A DNA stretch of 64,000 nt from an uncultured Chloroflexia bacterium (GTDB taxonomy: Bacteria; Chloroflexota; Chloroflexia; QHBQ01; JADMIH01): NCBI GenBank assembly GCA_963797095.1, contig CAWCNY010000003.1, positions 640,001 through 704,000 of the forward strand, written 5' to 3'. Below, piece after piece: positions 48,659 through 57,828 of this stretch. The notes below the pieces were generated by a model. That model worked only from the letters and a program-made list of their open reading frames with translations, had not been told where the DNA came from and did no database searches. Both the position numbers and the translations under genes were made by a program. Positions within the stretch are counted from its first letter, which is position 1. Each line of letters starts with the position of its first letter.

Positions 48659-49810
48659 ATGGACTCCAACACCGCACGAAACCAGGTTACACGCGCCTCT
48701 ACCCTTACCCAACCTGGCAGCAGGCCCAGCCCCCTTACCCGCAGGCCAACCGCCCGCCGCCTCGTCACCATCTTCAGGGGACCGAGCAACAGCGGCAAGA
48801 CCCACCTCGCCCTCTCGATGGCCGAGGCAAACGTTGGGCGCATCTGCGTCTTCGATACCGAGGACAAGACCCGCAACGTGATCGGCGTCAACGAGCGCTT
48901 CGACGCCATCGCATCCGACCCCGATACCCTCCTCGAAGATATCCAGTGGGCTATCGATCAGCAGGACGAACACGGCAACCCCATATACAGCGGGCTGGTG
49001 CTCAACTCCTGGAACGGCTATTTCGACGCCCTCTATGGCCGCGCCATCGAGCTTGCCGAGCAGCAGCGCGGCGAGGGGGCCAAGCTCAATACCAACGAAG
49101 TGGACGTGCTACAGACCAAGGCCAAAAAGGTGCTCGATCTCCTCTGCCGCGTCAGCCGCCGCTGGGTCGCCGTCACCGAGCACGCCGTCCCCCAGGGTCA
49201 GGAGCGCGACGAGAACGAGGCGGGCCAGCTTATCATTATGACCATCGGCGGCACCGACTACTACTCCGACGTGACCTTCACCCTCTCCCTGATGCTAGGC
49301 GACGACTTCCGCGCCAGGCGCATCGCCACCGTCTCCAAGACCAACGTAGGCCACCTTTACCCGTTGGGCCGCAAGATCGAGAACCTCGAATTCCGCCAGT
49401 TGGTCAGAGAGATCAACGCCCAATCGCCCATCAAGCAGGTCGAGGCCCCACCCCCGCCCGCGCAGGACGATGAGCTTTGCGAGCCGCAGGCGCCCGCCAT
49501 AACCCTCCGCGATCTCCTCGACAAAGCTGAAGAATACGGCATCGCCGAGATCCATATGACCAGAGCAGCAGCCCGCTACTGCGACGGCAAGCGCCTCAAC
49601 CGGCTCGACCCTTCCGAGATCGAGTTCCTCTACGACCGCCTGGTGGCCTCCCGCGAATCCAACCCCGACGAAGACCCCGCCCCCTCCTCGGAATCAACCA
49701 CCCCTACTGCAGCAAAGCCAAGAACCCTGCACGCCGTGGTCGCAGATATGCCCGAAGTAGTGCCCACCGAACCCGCCACGCGCGCCCCCAATGGCCGCTC
49801 CAGGGCATAG
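48659..49810 (+). CDS. AAA_24/Sak4-like RecA-fold ATPase with C-terminal extension
   Basis: GPSNSGKT Walker A, VFDTE, LVLNSW at the Walker B position, YYSDV, SKTN. Confidence 0.7.
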   Translation: MDSNTARNQVTRASTLTQPGSRPSPLTRRPTARRLVTIFRGPSNSGKTHLALSMAEANVGRICVFDTEDKTRNVIGVNERFDAIASDPDTLLEDIQWAIDQQDEHGNPIYSGLVLNSWNGYFDALYGRAIELAEQQRGEGAKLNTNEVDVLQTKAKKVLDLLCRVSRRWVAVTEHAVPQGQERDENEAGQLIIMTIGGTDYYSDVTFTLSLMLGDDFRARRIATVSKTNVGHLYPLGRKIENLEFRQLVREINAQSPIKQVEAPPPPAQDDELCEPQAPAITLRDLLDKAEEYGIAEIHMTRAAARYCDGKRLNRLDPSEIEFLYDRLVASRESNPDEDPAPSSESTTPTAAKPRTLHAVVADMPEVVPTEPATRAPNGRSRA

Positions 49811-49893
49811 ACAAAGAGCTAATCTGAATAAATCACGCACCTTGAGAGCAGGTTCGCAGACCTATAATCTATTTCCGAAATAGCAGGCCTGAT

Positions 49894-50205
49894 TTAGGTC
49901 GGCTCCTCTTCCTCGTCCGATTGCCTGGGCCACCGCATCCTGCCATGCAAGACCCGCAAGATCACAACCACACCGGCCAGGCTATCCACCGTATAGATCA
50001 CGACATGAGATGTACCTGCAATCACCAACTCACGTGTGCCCTCCACGCGTCCTGCACGTCCCAAATGTGGATGGTCTGAAAGCAACCTGACGTTGCGCCG
50101 TATCGCCGCAGAAGCGCTGAGAGCAGCATTAGGATTACGATCCCTTAGATACTGGATGGCTCCCTTGAAATCCTGTAGAGCTTCCTCGCGCCATATGATC
50201 TTCAT
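49894..50205 (-). CDS. RelE/ParE-family toxin
   Basis: MKIIWREEALQD...GRAGRVEGTRELVI...ILRVLHG. Confidence 0.92.
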   Translation of the reverse strand: MKIIWREEALQDFKGAIQYLRDRNPNAALSASAAIRRNVRLLSDHPHLGRAGRVEGTRELVIAGTSHVVIYTVDSLAGVVVILRVLHGRMRWPRQSDEEEEPT

Positions 50206-50465
50206 GGCCGCAGGTCGGCCCTGATGTCAGCCTCAAGTTGCTCAATCTCCCCTTCTACTTGCTCATGCGAAACCAGCTTTGCATTTCCCGACCGATAATC
50301 CGCCAAAGCCTCATTGATAGCCTCAACTTGCCAGGCTTGCTCTTCAACATAGCTTTTAATTGCCTGCTCGATTACCCATGCTTTGGACCGATCCAGCGAA
50401 TCCGCGAGCGCTTCTATTCTTTCGAGAAGGTCATCTTCCAAACGCACTGAGGTTACTTTTGCCAT
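50202..50465 (-). CDS. CopG/RHH antitoxin
   Basis: TSVRLEDDL...LDRSKAWVIEQAI; 4-bp overlap with the toxin. Confidence 0.9.
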   Translation of the reverse strand: MAKVTSVRLEDDLLERIEALADSLDRSKAWVIEQAIKSYVEEQAWQVEAINEALADYRSGNAKLVSHEQVEGEIEQLEADIRADLRP

Positions 50466-50493
50466 GATTGATCTCCCGAAGCTGTTAGTCACG

Positions 50494-50520
50494 TGTAATT
50501 ACTTGTAGTATATTGTAATA
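50494..50520. promoter_or_regulatory. TA autoregulatory operator candidate
   Basis: TGTAAT / TGTAGT / TGTAAT repeats upstream of the antitoxin. Confidence 0.45.
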
Positions 50521-50560
50521 CATTGCATCTATCAAGGCGTCTTTATGAAGTGAGCCGAAA

Positions 50561-52339
50561 TTAACCCAACCTGTTCCCCTCCCCATAAGGCAGCACCTCT
50601 ATCATCTCGCCTGCCTCCAACCTCCTCTTCAGGTCGGCCCAGTAATCGGCAGTAAATAGCTCCCCGTGGTGCTTGTAAAACACCGCTTTCAGGCCCGGCG
50701 GTAACCCCAGGAAAGTGTGCAACTCCTCCGGGAAGACATCATTCTCCCCCACCGAGAACCACGGCTCAGGCGCATAAGCGTCGAACTCATCAAAATCATC
50801 GTCGTTCCCTCCCGCCTGCGGCATCACCCTGAAGTTACAATCCGTCAGCAGGCACAGCTCATCGTAATCGTAGAACACGATCCTCCCATGCCGCGTCACC
50901 CCGAAATTCTTGAGCAGGATATCGCCTGGAAAGATGTTGGTGGAGGCAAGGTCCTTGATCGCGTACCCGTACTCCACCACCATCGGGCGCGCCACCTCGT
51001 CACTCACCTCCCTCAAGTAGAGGTTGAGAGGCACCAGCCTGCGCTCCGTGTACATATGCTCGATAACAACGCTATCCCCTTCCACCCGCACCGTGCGCGA
51101 GCACGTTTCAAGCAGTTCATCCAGCAAAGCAGGCTCAAACCGGTTCTTGTCGAACCGCAAATGCTCGAACTCCTGCGCATCCACCAGCCTGCCACCCCGG
51201 TCGTGCTTGAAAACCAGCGCGTAGCGGTTACGCACCTCCTGGCGCGTCGTGCGCTTCGGATAATCAAACGTATCCTTTATAATCTTGAACACCAGGTCCG
51301 ACGAGGGCAGCGTGAACACCTGCATCACCATCCCCCGGTCGCCCTGCGCCATCTCGAAGCGGTCGCTTGAGCTAGCCATGTGCGCCATCAGCCGCCTGTA
51401 CCGCTCGGTCTTCCCGTGCTTGTTGTGACCGATCGAGATATATAGCTCGGCCACCGGCTTGAGAGGCATTATGGTGCGCAGGAACCGCACAAGCGCGTGC
51501 GGGCGCTCGGTATCAACGTGAAAATACTCCCTGGCGAAGCTGAACAAAATACTAACGTCATCTTCGTCCATAAGCACGGCGTCCACCCACACGCCACCCT
51601 CGTCGTTTGCCAGCGAGATCACCAGCGGTATGTAGCGCGCCTCGCTCCCCGCCTTTACCGCTTTGGCGCGGCCCACCAGATAAGCCCTTTTGCCCCGGTA
51701 GAAGATCGGCCTGGTGATCTCAAGCACCCCCAACTGCCGCCCCCACCCCATACCGGCCAACTGGGCCTCGATTCTCGCAGCAGCCGCCGCCGAATCCCCC
51801 TCCAAATCTCGCCAACCACACCGGAACCTGCACGACCACAACAACTCCCGGATCAGAGCCGTGGTGTTCCCCGCGCTACGAAAAGTGACAAACACCGGCC
51901 AGCCGGAGGGCGGTGGGGTGGGAAACTCCGTTCCCATGAACTCGATGCTCGTGTCAATGCCAGCGATACCCGCCGACCGGGCTTCGCGTATCATCACCGA
52001 ATTATAGAAGCTCTGGGCTATATCAAAATCATCTCGCTCGTGAATGTACTGCGTGTACTCATCCTTGATCGCCGCCAGCAGAGCGTAGTCACCTCCATGC
52101 TCACCCAGCAGCGCCCGCAACGCTTCCACCGCGTTGAGCACATACACCCCATACAGGTCAAGCCGGTCTTCGGCATCTCGGTGCAAACCATGCCAGTCGC
52201 ACCGCTCAAACCGGTCCCTGGCGCGGGCGGTTACATGCTTGAACTCGACGTGGTAGTGCGCGAATGTCTCAGCAATCAAGCTGGCTGCATTGCTCGCCAG
52301 CTCCCTCTTCATGTTGTCGCCGTTGCCAGGTTGCTGCAT
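50561..52339 (-). CDS. aceK: Isocitrate dehydrogenase kinase/phosphatase
   Basis: SIGHNKHGKTE, GMVM.VFTLP, VFKIIKD, HDR.GRL.D, NIFPGD.LLKNFGVTRHGR.VFYDYDE. Confidence 0.95.
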   Translation of the reverse strand: MQQPGNGDNMKRELASNAASLIAETFAHYHVEFKHVTARARDRFERCDWHGLHRDAEDRLDLYGVYVLNAVEALRALLGEHGGDYALLAAIKDEYTQYIHERDDFDIAQSFYNSVMIREARSAGIAGIDTSIEFMGTEFPTPPPSGWPVFVTFRSAGNTTALIRELLWSCRFRCGWRDLEGDSAAAAARIEAQLAGMGWGRQLGVLEITRPIFYRGKRAYLVGRAKAVKAGSEARYIPLVISLANDEGGVWVDAVLMDEDDVSILFSFAREYFHVDTERPHALVRFLRTIMPLKPVAELYISIGHNKHGKTERYRRLMAHMASSSDRFEMAQGDRGMVMQVFTLPSSDLVFKIIKDTFDYPKRTTRQEVRNRYALVFKHDRGGRLVDAQEFEHLRFDKNRFEPALLDELLETCSRTVRVEGDSVVIEHMYTERRLVPLNLYLREVSDEVARPMVVEYGYAIKDLASTNIFPGDILLKNFGVTRHGRIVFYDYDELCLLTDCNFRVMPQAGGNDDDFDEFDAYAPEPWFSVGENDVFPEELHTFLGLPPGLKAVFYKHHGELFTADYWADLKRRLEAGEMIEVLPYGEGNRLG

Positions 52340-52499
52340 CACAATTGACCTCTACCCACACAGACCTGCTCGCAGAAGACTTGCCTTTAAAGGCATTTTA
52401 CCACACGCCTGCTGGCACGATTTGTGCAGTATTATACATTGATTGGATATCAATCCACACACAACATCCAGAACGATATCCAAGAAGGAGGTTCGATTA

Positions 52500-52781
52500 A
52501 TGGCAACAACTACATGGAGAGCACACACCAAACACGGGGATCTTGACACTTCAGACCGCGACAATCTCCCTGATAGCGTGTACGCATTCCCCAAGCAGCG
52601 CAAAGAACCGCTGACCGATGCATCGCATGTGCGTAACGCCATCGCCCGCTTCGATCAGGTAGAGGATGTGTCGGATACAGACCGCGAGCAAGCTTTCGCC
52701 AACATTAAGAAGGCCGCCGACCATTACGGCGTAGACATGGAAGTCGATAGCTGGCGCGATCTCGGCAAGCCGAGAAAATAG
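52500..52781 (+). CDS. Small DUF6582-like protein
   Basis: LPDSVYAFPKQRKEPLTDASHVRNAIARFDQV; AAGGAGG RBS. Confidence 0.8.
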   Translation: MATTTWRAHTKHGDLDTSDRDNLPDSVYAFPKQRKEPLTDASHVRNAIARFDQVEDVSDTDREQAFANIKKAADHYGVDMEVDSWRDLGKPRK

Positions 52782-52790
52782 CTATATTTG

Positions 52791-52837
52791 GGGTGCAAAA
52801 AGACCTGGCGGATAGGCCGCCAGGTCTTTTTGCACCC
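52791..52837. terminator. Bidirectional terminator
   Basis: GGGTGCAAAAAGACCTGGCGG...CCGCCAGGTCTTTTTGCACCC between convergent genes. Confidence 0.9.
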
Positions 52838-52847
52838 TTACAGCCTG

Positions 52848-53210
52848 CTACTCGATCGGATAATGCGCATCCACATGCACCTCGATCTCCTGTGGATCGA
52901 GGTCTTGCATCGACGCTGGAAGCGTCAGGTCAAGCTCGGTGTGCACCGTTTCATCCTTTTGCAGGTCAACATCCCTCATCTCCTGTGCCAGCACGCTCCC
53001 CGTAGTACGCTCCACCAGTTCCACCTCAAGCTCAACTGTTCCCCCGCCCGGCCCCGCGTTGGCAAGCGTAACATCCACCTTGTAAGGCTCGCTCGAACCG
53101 GCAGCTGGCGCATGCACCGAGTAATCCTGCACCACGGGCTTTGGCCCCAGGCACCCAACAAGCAACATCGCCAGCATGGGCAACATCAGCACACAAACGA
53201 CTTTTCTCAT
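52848..53210 (-). CDS. Putative lipoprotein
   Basis: MRKVV...LLVGC lipobox followed by a beta-rich domain. Confidence 0.7.
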   Translation of the reverse strand: MRKVVCVLMLPMLAMLLVGCLGPKPVVQDYSVHAPAAGSSEPYKVDVTLANAGPGGGTVELEVELVERTTGSVLAQEMRDVDLQKDETVHTELDLTLPASMQDLDPQEIEVHVDAHYPIE

Positions 53211-53232
53211 GATCGACCTCTGGCAGCAGCAG

Positions 53233-54252
53233 CTACCTTGATGGCAGCCAGGGCGGCCACAGTACAAAGAACAGAACAATAAGCAGCACCGCCATCATCA
53301 CGAACGCGGCGCACCCCATCGTAACCAGTGGGTCCGCGCGGTTCTCCCGCCGCGTCAACTGCATAAAACTGAGCGGCTCGGGCAGCACAGGCACGCTCCA
53401 CTCCACCTCATACTCGACATCCGGCAGCAGGCACTCGTTGCGTAGCACAGGCACCAGGGTACGTAGCTGCTCGCCTATATAGTCCCTATCCTCCTGTGTG
53501 ATCTCAAGAGTGGGCCACACTCGATAAGACGCCTCACTATCCAACTTCTCCTCGTTCCCGGCGATTACCCTCGCCAGGTTATGTTCCAGGTTCTGAAACG
53601 CCTGCACCATCCGGTAATAAGCCGCTGCCTTGTCTTCATCTATCGTTGACCATTGCGAGATTTGCAACCGAGCCTGCCCGTCGCGCTTCTGCAACACATG
53701 CTCCAGTTGATCCACCAGAAACTCAAATATAGTGTTGTTCATCTCGCCTTTGAGGCTGTGGTACTTGGCCTCAACGCCGTTAAGCTCTATCTCTCCCAAT
53801 TTGCCTGTACTATCGCCAATAACCCACCTGATCGGCTCGTGCGGCTTTCCTTCCAGGTATATTGTCTGGTCAAAATAGGCTGCCTTGGCGTCATTGCTAA
53901 TACCAAGAGCCTCATGCTTCCGCTGCTCTACTTTCTCTCGCGCGGCGGCACCCCTCGCCCACAGCAGGGGCATATTCAACCAGAGCAGCCGTAGCGCCCC
54001 CACAAAACCCCCGAATGTGGATACAAGGTAGTAGGCCGCCAGCACCATCACGATCAACAAAACCAGCGTCTCCACATTGGAGCGCTGGGTCAGCGTCACG
54101 AAGAACTGCACTCGCCACACGATGGCGACGATTATGGCAACCGACAGCAAATTGAGCGCCAGATAGATAACCGCCATCCACCTCACGCGGGCGGCGTATC
54201 TATCCGGCGTCTCAGAAACGTGCTCCTTTATCAGCTTTTCTGCTAAAGCCAT
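53233..54252 (-). CDS. Hypothetical membrane protein
   Basis: Two N-terminal and one C-terminal TM segments. Confidence 0.75.
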   Translation of the reverse strand: MALAEKLIKEHVSETPDRYAARVRWMAVIYLALNLLSVAIIVAIVWRVQFFVTLTQRSNVETLVLLIVMVLAAYYLVSTFGGFVGALRLLWLNMPLLWARGAAAREKVEQRKHEALGISNDAKAAYFDQTIYLEGKPHEPIRWVIGDSTGKLGEIELNGVEAKYHSLKGEMNNTIFEFLVDQLEHVLQKRDGQARLQISQWSTIDEDKAAAYYRMVQAFQNLEHNLARVIAGNEEKLDSEASYRVWPTLEITQEDRDYIGEQLRTLVPVLRNECLLPDVEYEVEWSVPVLPEPLSFMQLTRRENRADPLVTMGCAAFVMMAVLLIVLFFVLWPPWLPSR

Positions 54253-54285
54253 ACAACATGATCGTTCAGTGTTAGGCGTTCAAGT

Positions 54286-54999
54286 TCAGGTGCTCGTGAT
54301 TTTCCCACCGTGAGCTTCCAAAATGGCCTGCACAAAATCGCGTTGCGTATCGTCAACACTTATGGTGACGGTCGCGCCCTCGCCCCTGGCAGGCGGTAGG
54401 CCGCTATTGGCGCTGTGCCCCTCAAGCGTGCCGCGCTCCCCTGTCCCACTCTCTTGCGCTGCGCCCTCTCTCGCTTCGGGAGAATCGGGGTTGAGACCAC
54501 CAGGTTGGTCGGGAAAGTCGGTGTATATATCCTCGTCCGCGTCCTCCGAGGCGTCGTTGCGGCGCACCATGTCCTGGTCAGCAGGCTCCACCTCGTCATA
54601 GCCTGTCTTCCTTATTCCCAGGCGCAGGCCCCCACCCAGAGGCTCATCGGGAGGAATATCAGGATCAAGCACAACGGGCACATCGCTGCCCATTGCGCCT
54701 TCGCCAACCATATACGCTTCCGTAGTGGATAGGTCTTCGTCGTTGGGAAGTTCTTGCGATACGCGATATGTGCCGGACGTGCCCATCTCCTGGCGCGCGA
54801 TGCCATCCGCCGCGATCATGGCTGAGGCGGCATCGTCATCGGCCCGCCAATCCTGTATCGTAATGCTGATATCGGATGGCGAGATATCCTGCCCACGCAG
54901 TTCCGATACAGCGGCCTGCGCATCTTTGGGGTCATCAAAGACGGCGGTCACCGTCCAGGTAACGGGCCGCGTCCCTGAAGCGCCTGTGCTATCGCTCAT
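54286..54999 (-). CDS. Acidic general-stress (YflT-like) protein
   Basis: VTAVFDD..DAQAAVSELR...DISI N-terminus and VQAILEAHGG C-terminus. Confidence 0.65.
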   Translation of the reverse strand: MSDSTGASGTRPVTWTVTAVFDDPKDAQAAVSELRGQDISPSDISITIQDWRADDDAASAMIAADGIARQEMGTSGTYRVSQELPNDEDLSTTEAYMVGEGAMGSDVPVVLDPDIPPDEPLGGGLRLGIRKTGYDEVEPADQDMVRRNDASEDADEDIYTDFPDQPGGLNPDSPEAREGAAQESGTGERGTLEGHSANSGLPPARGEGATVTISVDDTQRDFVQAILEAHGGKITST

Positions 55000-55561
55000 C
55001 TTCGTCCTCCGGGGGCAGGTTCACCATACCCGGCGCGAACATATCCATCTCCGAGGGCGGATCAGGATGCCCGAACTCGCGCTCGTCATAAATATCCAGG
55101 TCAAGGTTATCGCCGGGCTCAGGCACCGCCGCGCGCCATGTGCGGTCGGCCAGCGCGTCAGCCTCCGCCTCCAATTGCAGAGTATCCTCACCTGTGCCGC
55201 CGCCCGCCCCGCTCCCCGACAGCAGAGCGCCCTCGGCACTCGGTGACTCCATATTTTCTCCTGGGTTGCGGTCGCGATCCAGGGGCCAGTTGGGCCTTCC
55301 CGCGTCGGTGTCGCGCCACTCGTCGGGCCCAGCCGTGTCCGACTGGTCGGCGTATATTTCCGCCCCTTGCTCCCTCAATCGTGTCTCTTCTGCGCCCTCT
55401 CGCGCTCGCAACAGATCTGCCGTGCTTATCTCGCCCGCCTGCTCTTCATAGGTTTCTTCGAGGGCGGGATTATCGCTGCCGGCTCCTGAACCGCCCGCCA
55501 CCTTATCGCCCCCGCCTACTCCCTGTCCATCCTGTCTATTCTGTCCGTTCTGAGCGTCCAT
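54989..55561 (-). CDS. Acidic low-complexity hypothetical protein
   Basis: AGGAGG RBS, co-oriented and overlapping with neighbours. Confidence 0.65.
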   Translation of the reverse strand: MDAQNGQNRQDGQGVGGGDKVAGGSGAGSDNPALEETYEEQAGEISTADLLRAREGAEETRLREQGAEIYADQSDTAGPDEWRDTDAGRPNWPLDRDRNPGENMESPSAEGALLSGSGAGGGTGEDTLQLEAEADALADRTWRAAVPEPGDNLDLDIYDEREFGHPDPPSEMDMFAPGMVNLPPEDEDER

Positions 55562-55564
55562 GAT

Positions 55565-56062
55565 TCAGCCTCCTTTTCGAGACATTACATAGCCAAGCGA
55601 CCACCCGTCGGCAGCGCCCGCCAGCACGCAGCTTATCAGTAGCAACCAGATATTGAGCGAGTTCACGACATCGCTGTTAACAAACCTGAGCAGCACAAGA
55701 AACGCCGCCAACCATACAAAGATACCATAAATAGCCCCGAAAAGTCCCTTGCTGATACCAAGCCTGTAGACAATGGGCAAATACGAAATAAACCCGATCC
55801 CTGCCAGCGCAAATATCGCCAGCATCAACAGCGCCCCCACCACGAAAGGCATGCCGAGTGTGGTTGGCGCGGTCTGCGCCGTGCCTGAGCCGCCCGTAAA
55901 TATGGAGCCTATACGCGACACACTGTAGAGAAGATCGCCCGCCCGTGTGACCGCATCCACAAGAAAGGTCACTACGATGAAGACGAAGCCGCCTATCAGG
56001 CCGGAGCTAAGACCTTCAATAAGCTTCGTGGAGGTCTTTTTGGGTTGGTATACGCGGGCCAT
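55565..56062 (-). CDS. Four-TM membrane protein
   Basis: Hydrophobic helices, GAIYG.FVWL motif. Confidence 0.75.
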   Translation of the reverse strand: MARVYQPKKTSTKLIEGLSSGLIGGFVFIVVTFLVDAVTRAGDLLYSVSRIGSIFTGGSGTAQTAPTTLGMPFVVGALLMLAIFALAGIGFISYLPIVYRLGISKGLFGAIYGIFVWLAAFLVLLRFVNSDVVNSLNIWLLLISCVLAGAADGWSLGYVMSRKGG

Positions 56063-56097
56063 TGGGGGTCCTCATGTTGAAATAGGGTTAGTACGAC

Positions 56098-56137
56098 GAG
56101 GGGCGAAGAGCGAAGAGTTTTCACCCTTCGCCCCTCA
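56098..56137. terminator. Hairpin after the general stress gene
   Basis: GAGGGGCGAAG...CTTCGCCCCTC. Confidence 0.6.
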
Positions 56138-56158
56138 TGATCGTTGCCCGAGAAATGC

Positions 56159-57145
56159 TTACGACCTGTCGTAAGTGTCTCGGTAAGCGGTATCGTTCAC
56201 ATCGGTGTTGACCGTATCATCGGCAACATCCTCGGCGGCATCACTTACACCTTTGCCCGCCGCGCCACCTATAGCGCCACCGATCGCGCCACCTACGCCC
56301 ATCCCAACAGGGCCACCGATAGCACCCAGGGCCGCGCCCGTAGCCGCGCCTGCCGCCCCACCTGCCGTGGCACCCGTTGTGTCGGCAGCAGTATCGCCGG
56401 CGGTGTCATCGTTCTCGGCGAGAGCGCCTGCGCCCGCGCCTGCCGCCCCGCCAATCACGGCTCCAAGGCCGGTCCCGAGAGGGCCCGCAACAGCGGTGCC
56501 GATGGCCGCGCCTGCCGCCGCGCCGCCAAGACCCGCGGCGGCTTCAGTCCCAACACCCTCGTCATGGCCGCCACCCTGCCGTACCGTGGTTGTGGTGCCG
56601 TAGCGCCAGTTAGGGTTGTTGTAATAGACGGCATCGTTGCGAATGTCGCGGGCGCCATTGGCGTTCATAATATCCAGCGCCAGTTGCTCGCTACCCGCCG
56701 GCACTCTGGCCGTGACAAGCACGCCTCCGCGTTCCACGCCGGTGCTGTAAAGTTGAGCTTCTTCTTCCGGCACGCCCACGTCAACCAGCGCGCCGATAAT
56801 GCCGCCCGTGGCAGCCCCTATGCCTGCGCCGACCAGGGTGGAGGCGAGGGCCGTGCCAAGCGGCCCGGCAGCTACTACCGGGCCGATCCCCGGAATGGCG
56901 AGCGCGCCAACTCCAACCAGCAGCCCGGCCAACCCACCCAGAGCGCCTCCCGTTACAGCGCCCGTAGCTGCCCCACTTACACCCGTATCAACCACATCAG
57001 TTGTGGTTACAGCGGTGGGCGTGGTCGTATTTATTGAACGCATAGCCACACCAATGTCGTTTACGTTTACCCCACTATTGCGCAGTTGCTCCACCGCATT
57101 TTGTGCCTGAGTTGTGTTGTCGAATAGACCTATTACAGTTCCCAT
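56159..57145 (-). CDS. General stress protein (YflT-like) with glycine-zipper repeats
   Basis: VIGLFD, GALAIPGIGPVVAAGP, GVPEEEA..Y..GV..GGVLV. Confidence 0.85.
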   Translation of the reverse strand: MGTVIGLFDNTTQAQNAVEQLRNSGVNVNDIGVAMRSINTTTPTAVTTTDVVDTGVSGAATGAVTGGALGGLAGLLVGVGALAIPGIGPVVAAGPLGTALASTLVGAGIGAATGGIIGALVDVGVPEEEAQLYSTGVERGGVLVTARVPAGSEQLALDIMNANGARDIRNDAVYYNNPNWRYGTTTTVRQGGGHDEGVGTEAAAGLGGAAAGAAIGTAVAGPLGTGLGAVIGGAAGAGAGALAENDDTAGDTAADTTGATAGGAAGAATGAALGAIGGPVGMGVGGAIGGAIGGAAGKGVSDAAEDVADDTVNTDVNDTAYRDTYDRS

Positions 57146-57438
57146 ATCCTTGTATCCTCCTATCGTAGTACATAGATATCAGTAACGAGCTAAGATGCTG
57201 CCAACTCAGCGTGTCAGCCTCGCGGCCTTCTTCGTAATAAAGCACAATCCATGCCAAAACCGGGTGCGGCCGCTCCCGGCTATCGCAACCATCTGGGTGC
57301 CCTGCTATGCTTTATCGTTCCTTGCGTCGCATGAATGAGTTGCTGGAATTCATACGATCATAGGCACACAATGTTAGGGCGTCGCAAGGAATGCGCGCCT
57401 GAGACGATCAGCTACAGGTCAAAATACGTGAGGGCAGC

Positions 57439-57651
57439 ATGGATTTTGAACATGGGCAACAGAGTACGACCAATAGAGAGCAGCACATGACCAAGCAGAT
57501 CGCTGCTTTTCCTCCACCTATGACAGAACAGCAAGAGCGGCGCAGATATATCTACCTGGAGGTGCTTGCCATCCTGATCCTGGCTATATGCATCCTGCTA
57601 TTGTGCGATCTGTTGGTGTTCGTCTTTCCCAGGCTCGTGCTGGGAGACTAA
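57439..57651 (+). CDS. Small membrane protein
   Basis: Single C-terminal TM helix; start uncertain. Confidence 0.45.
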   Translation: MDFEHGQQSTTNREQHMTKQIAAFPPPMTEQQERRRYIYLEVLAILILAICILLLCDLLVFVFPRLVLGD

Positions 57652-57703
57652 GATGGAACACCCCGGATCCTGGATCCAGACTAAAGGGTAGGTTTCTGCA
57701 AAA

Positions 57704-57752
57704 GGGGGTGCAGGCGGAACTGCCTGCTGGGGGTTTGGGGGTGTCCCCCACA
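57704..57752. repeat. G-rich interspersed repeat
   Basis: GGGGGTGCAGGCGGAACTGCCTGCTGGGGGTTTGGGGGTGTCCCCCA; REP-like, single copy in this window. Confidence 0.4.
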
Positions 57753-57828
57753 CTTTCCCCACCATTTACTCTCCACCCTCCACACAAATGTGGGGAGCCG
57801 AGGGCTTCGTGAGTAACCTGCATTCATC

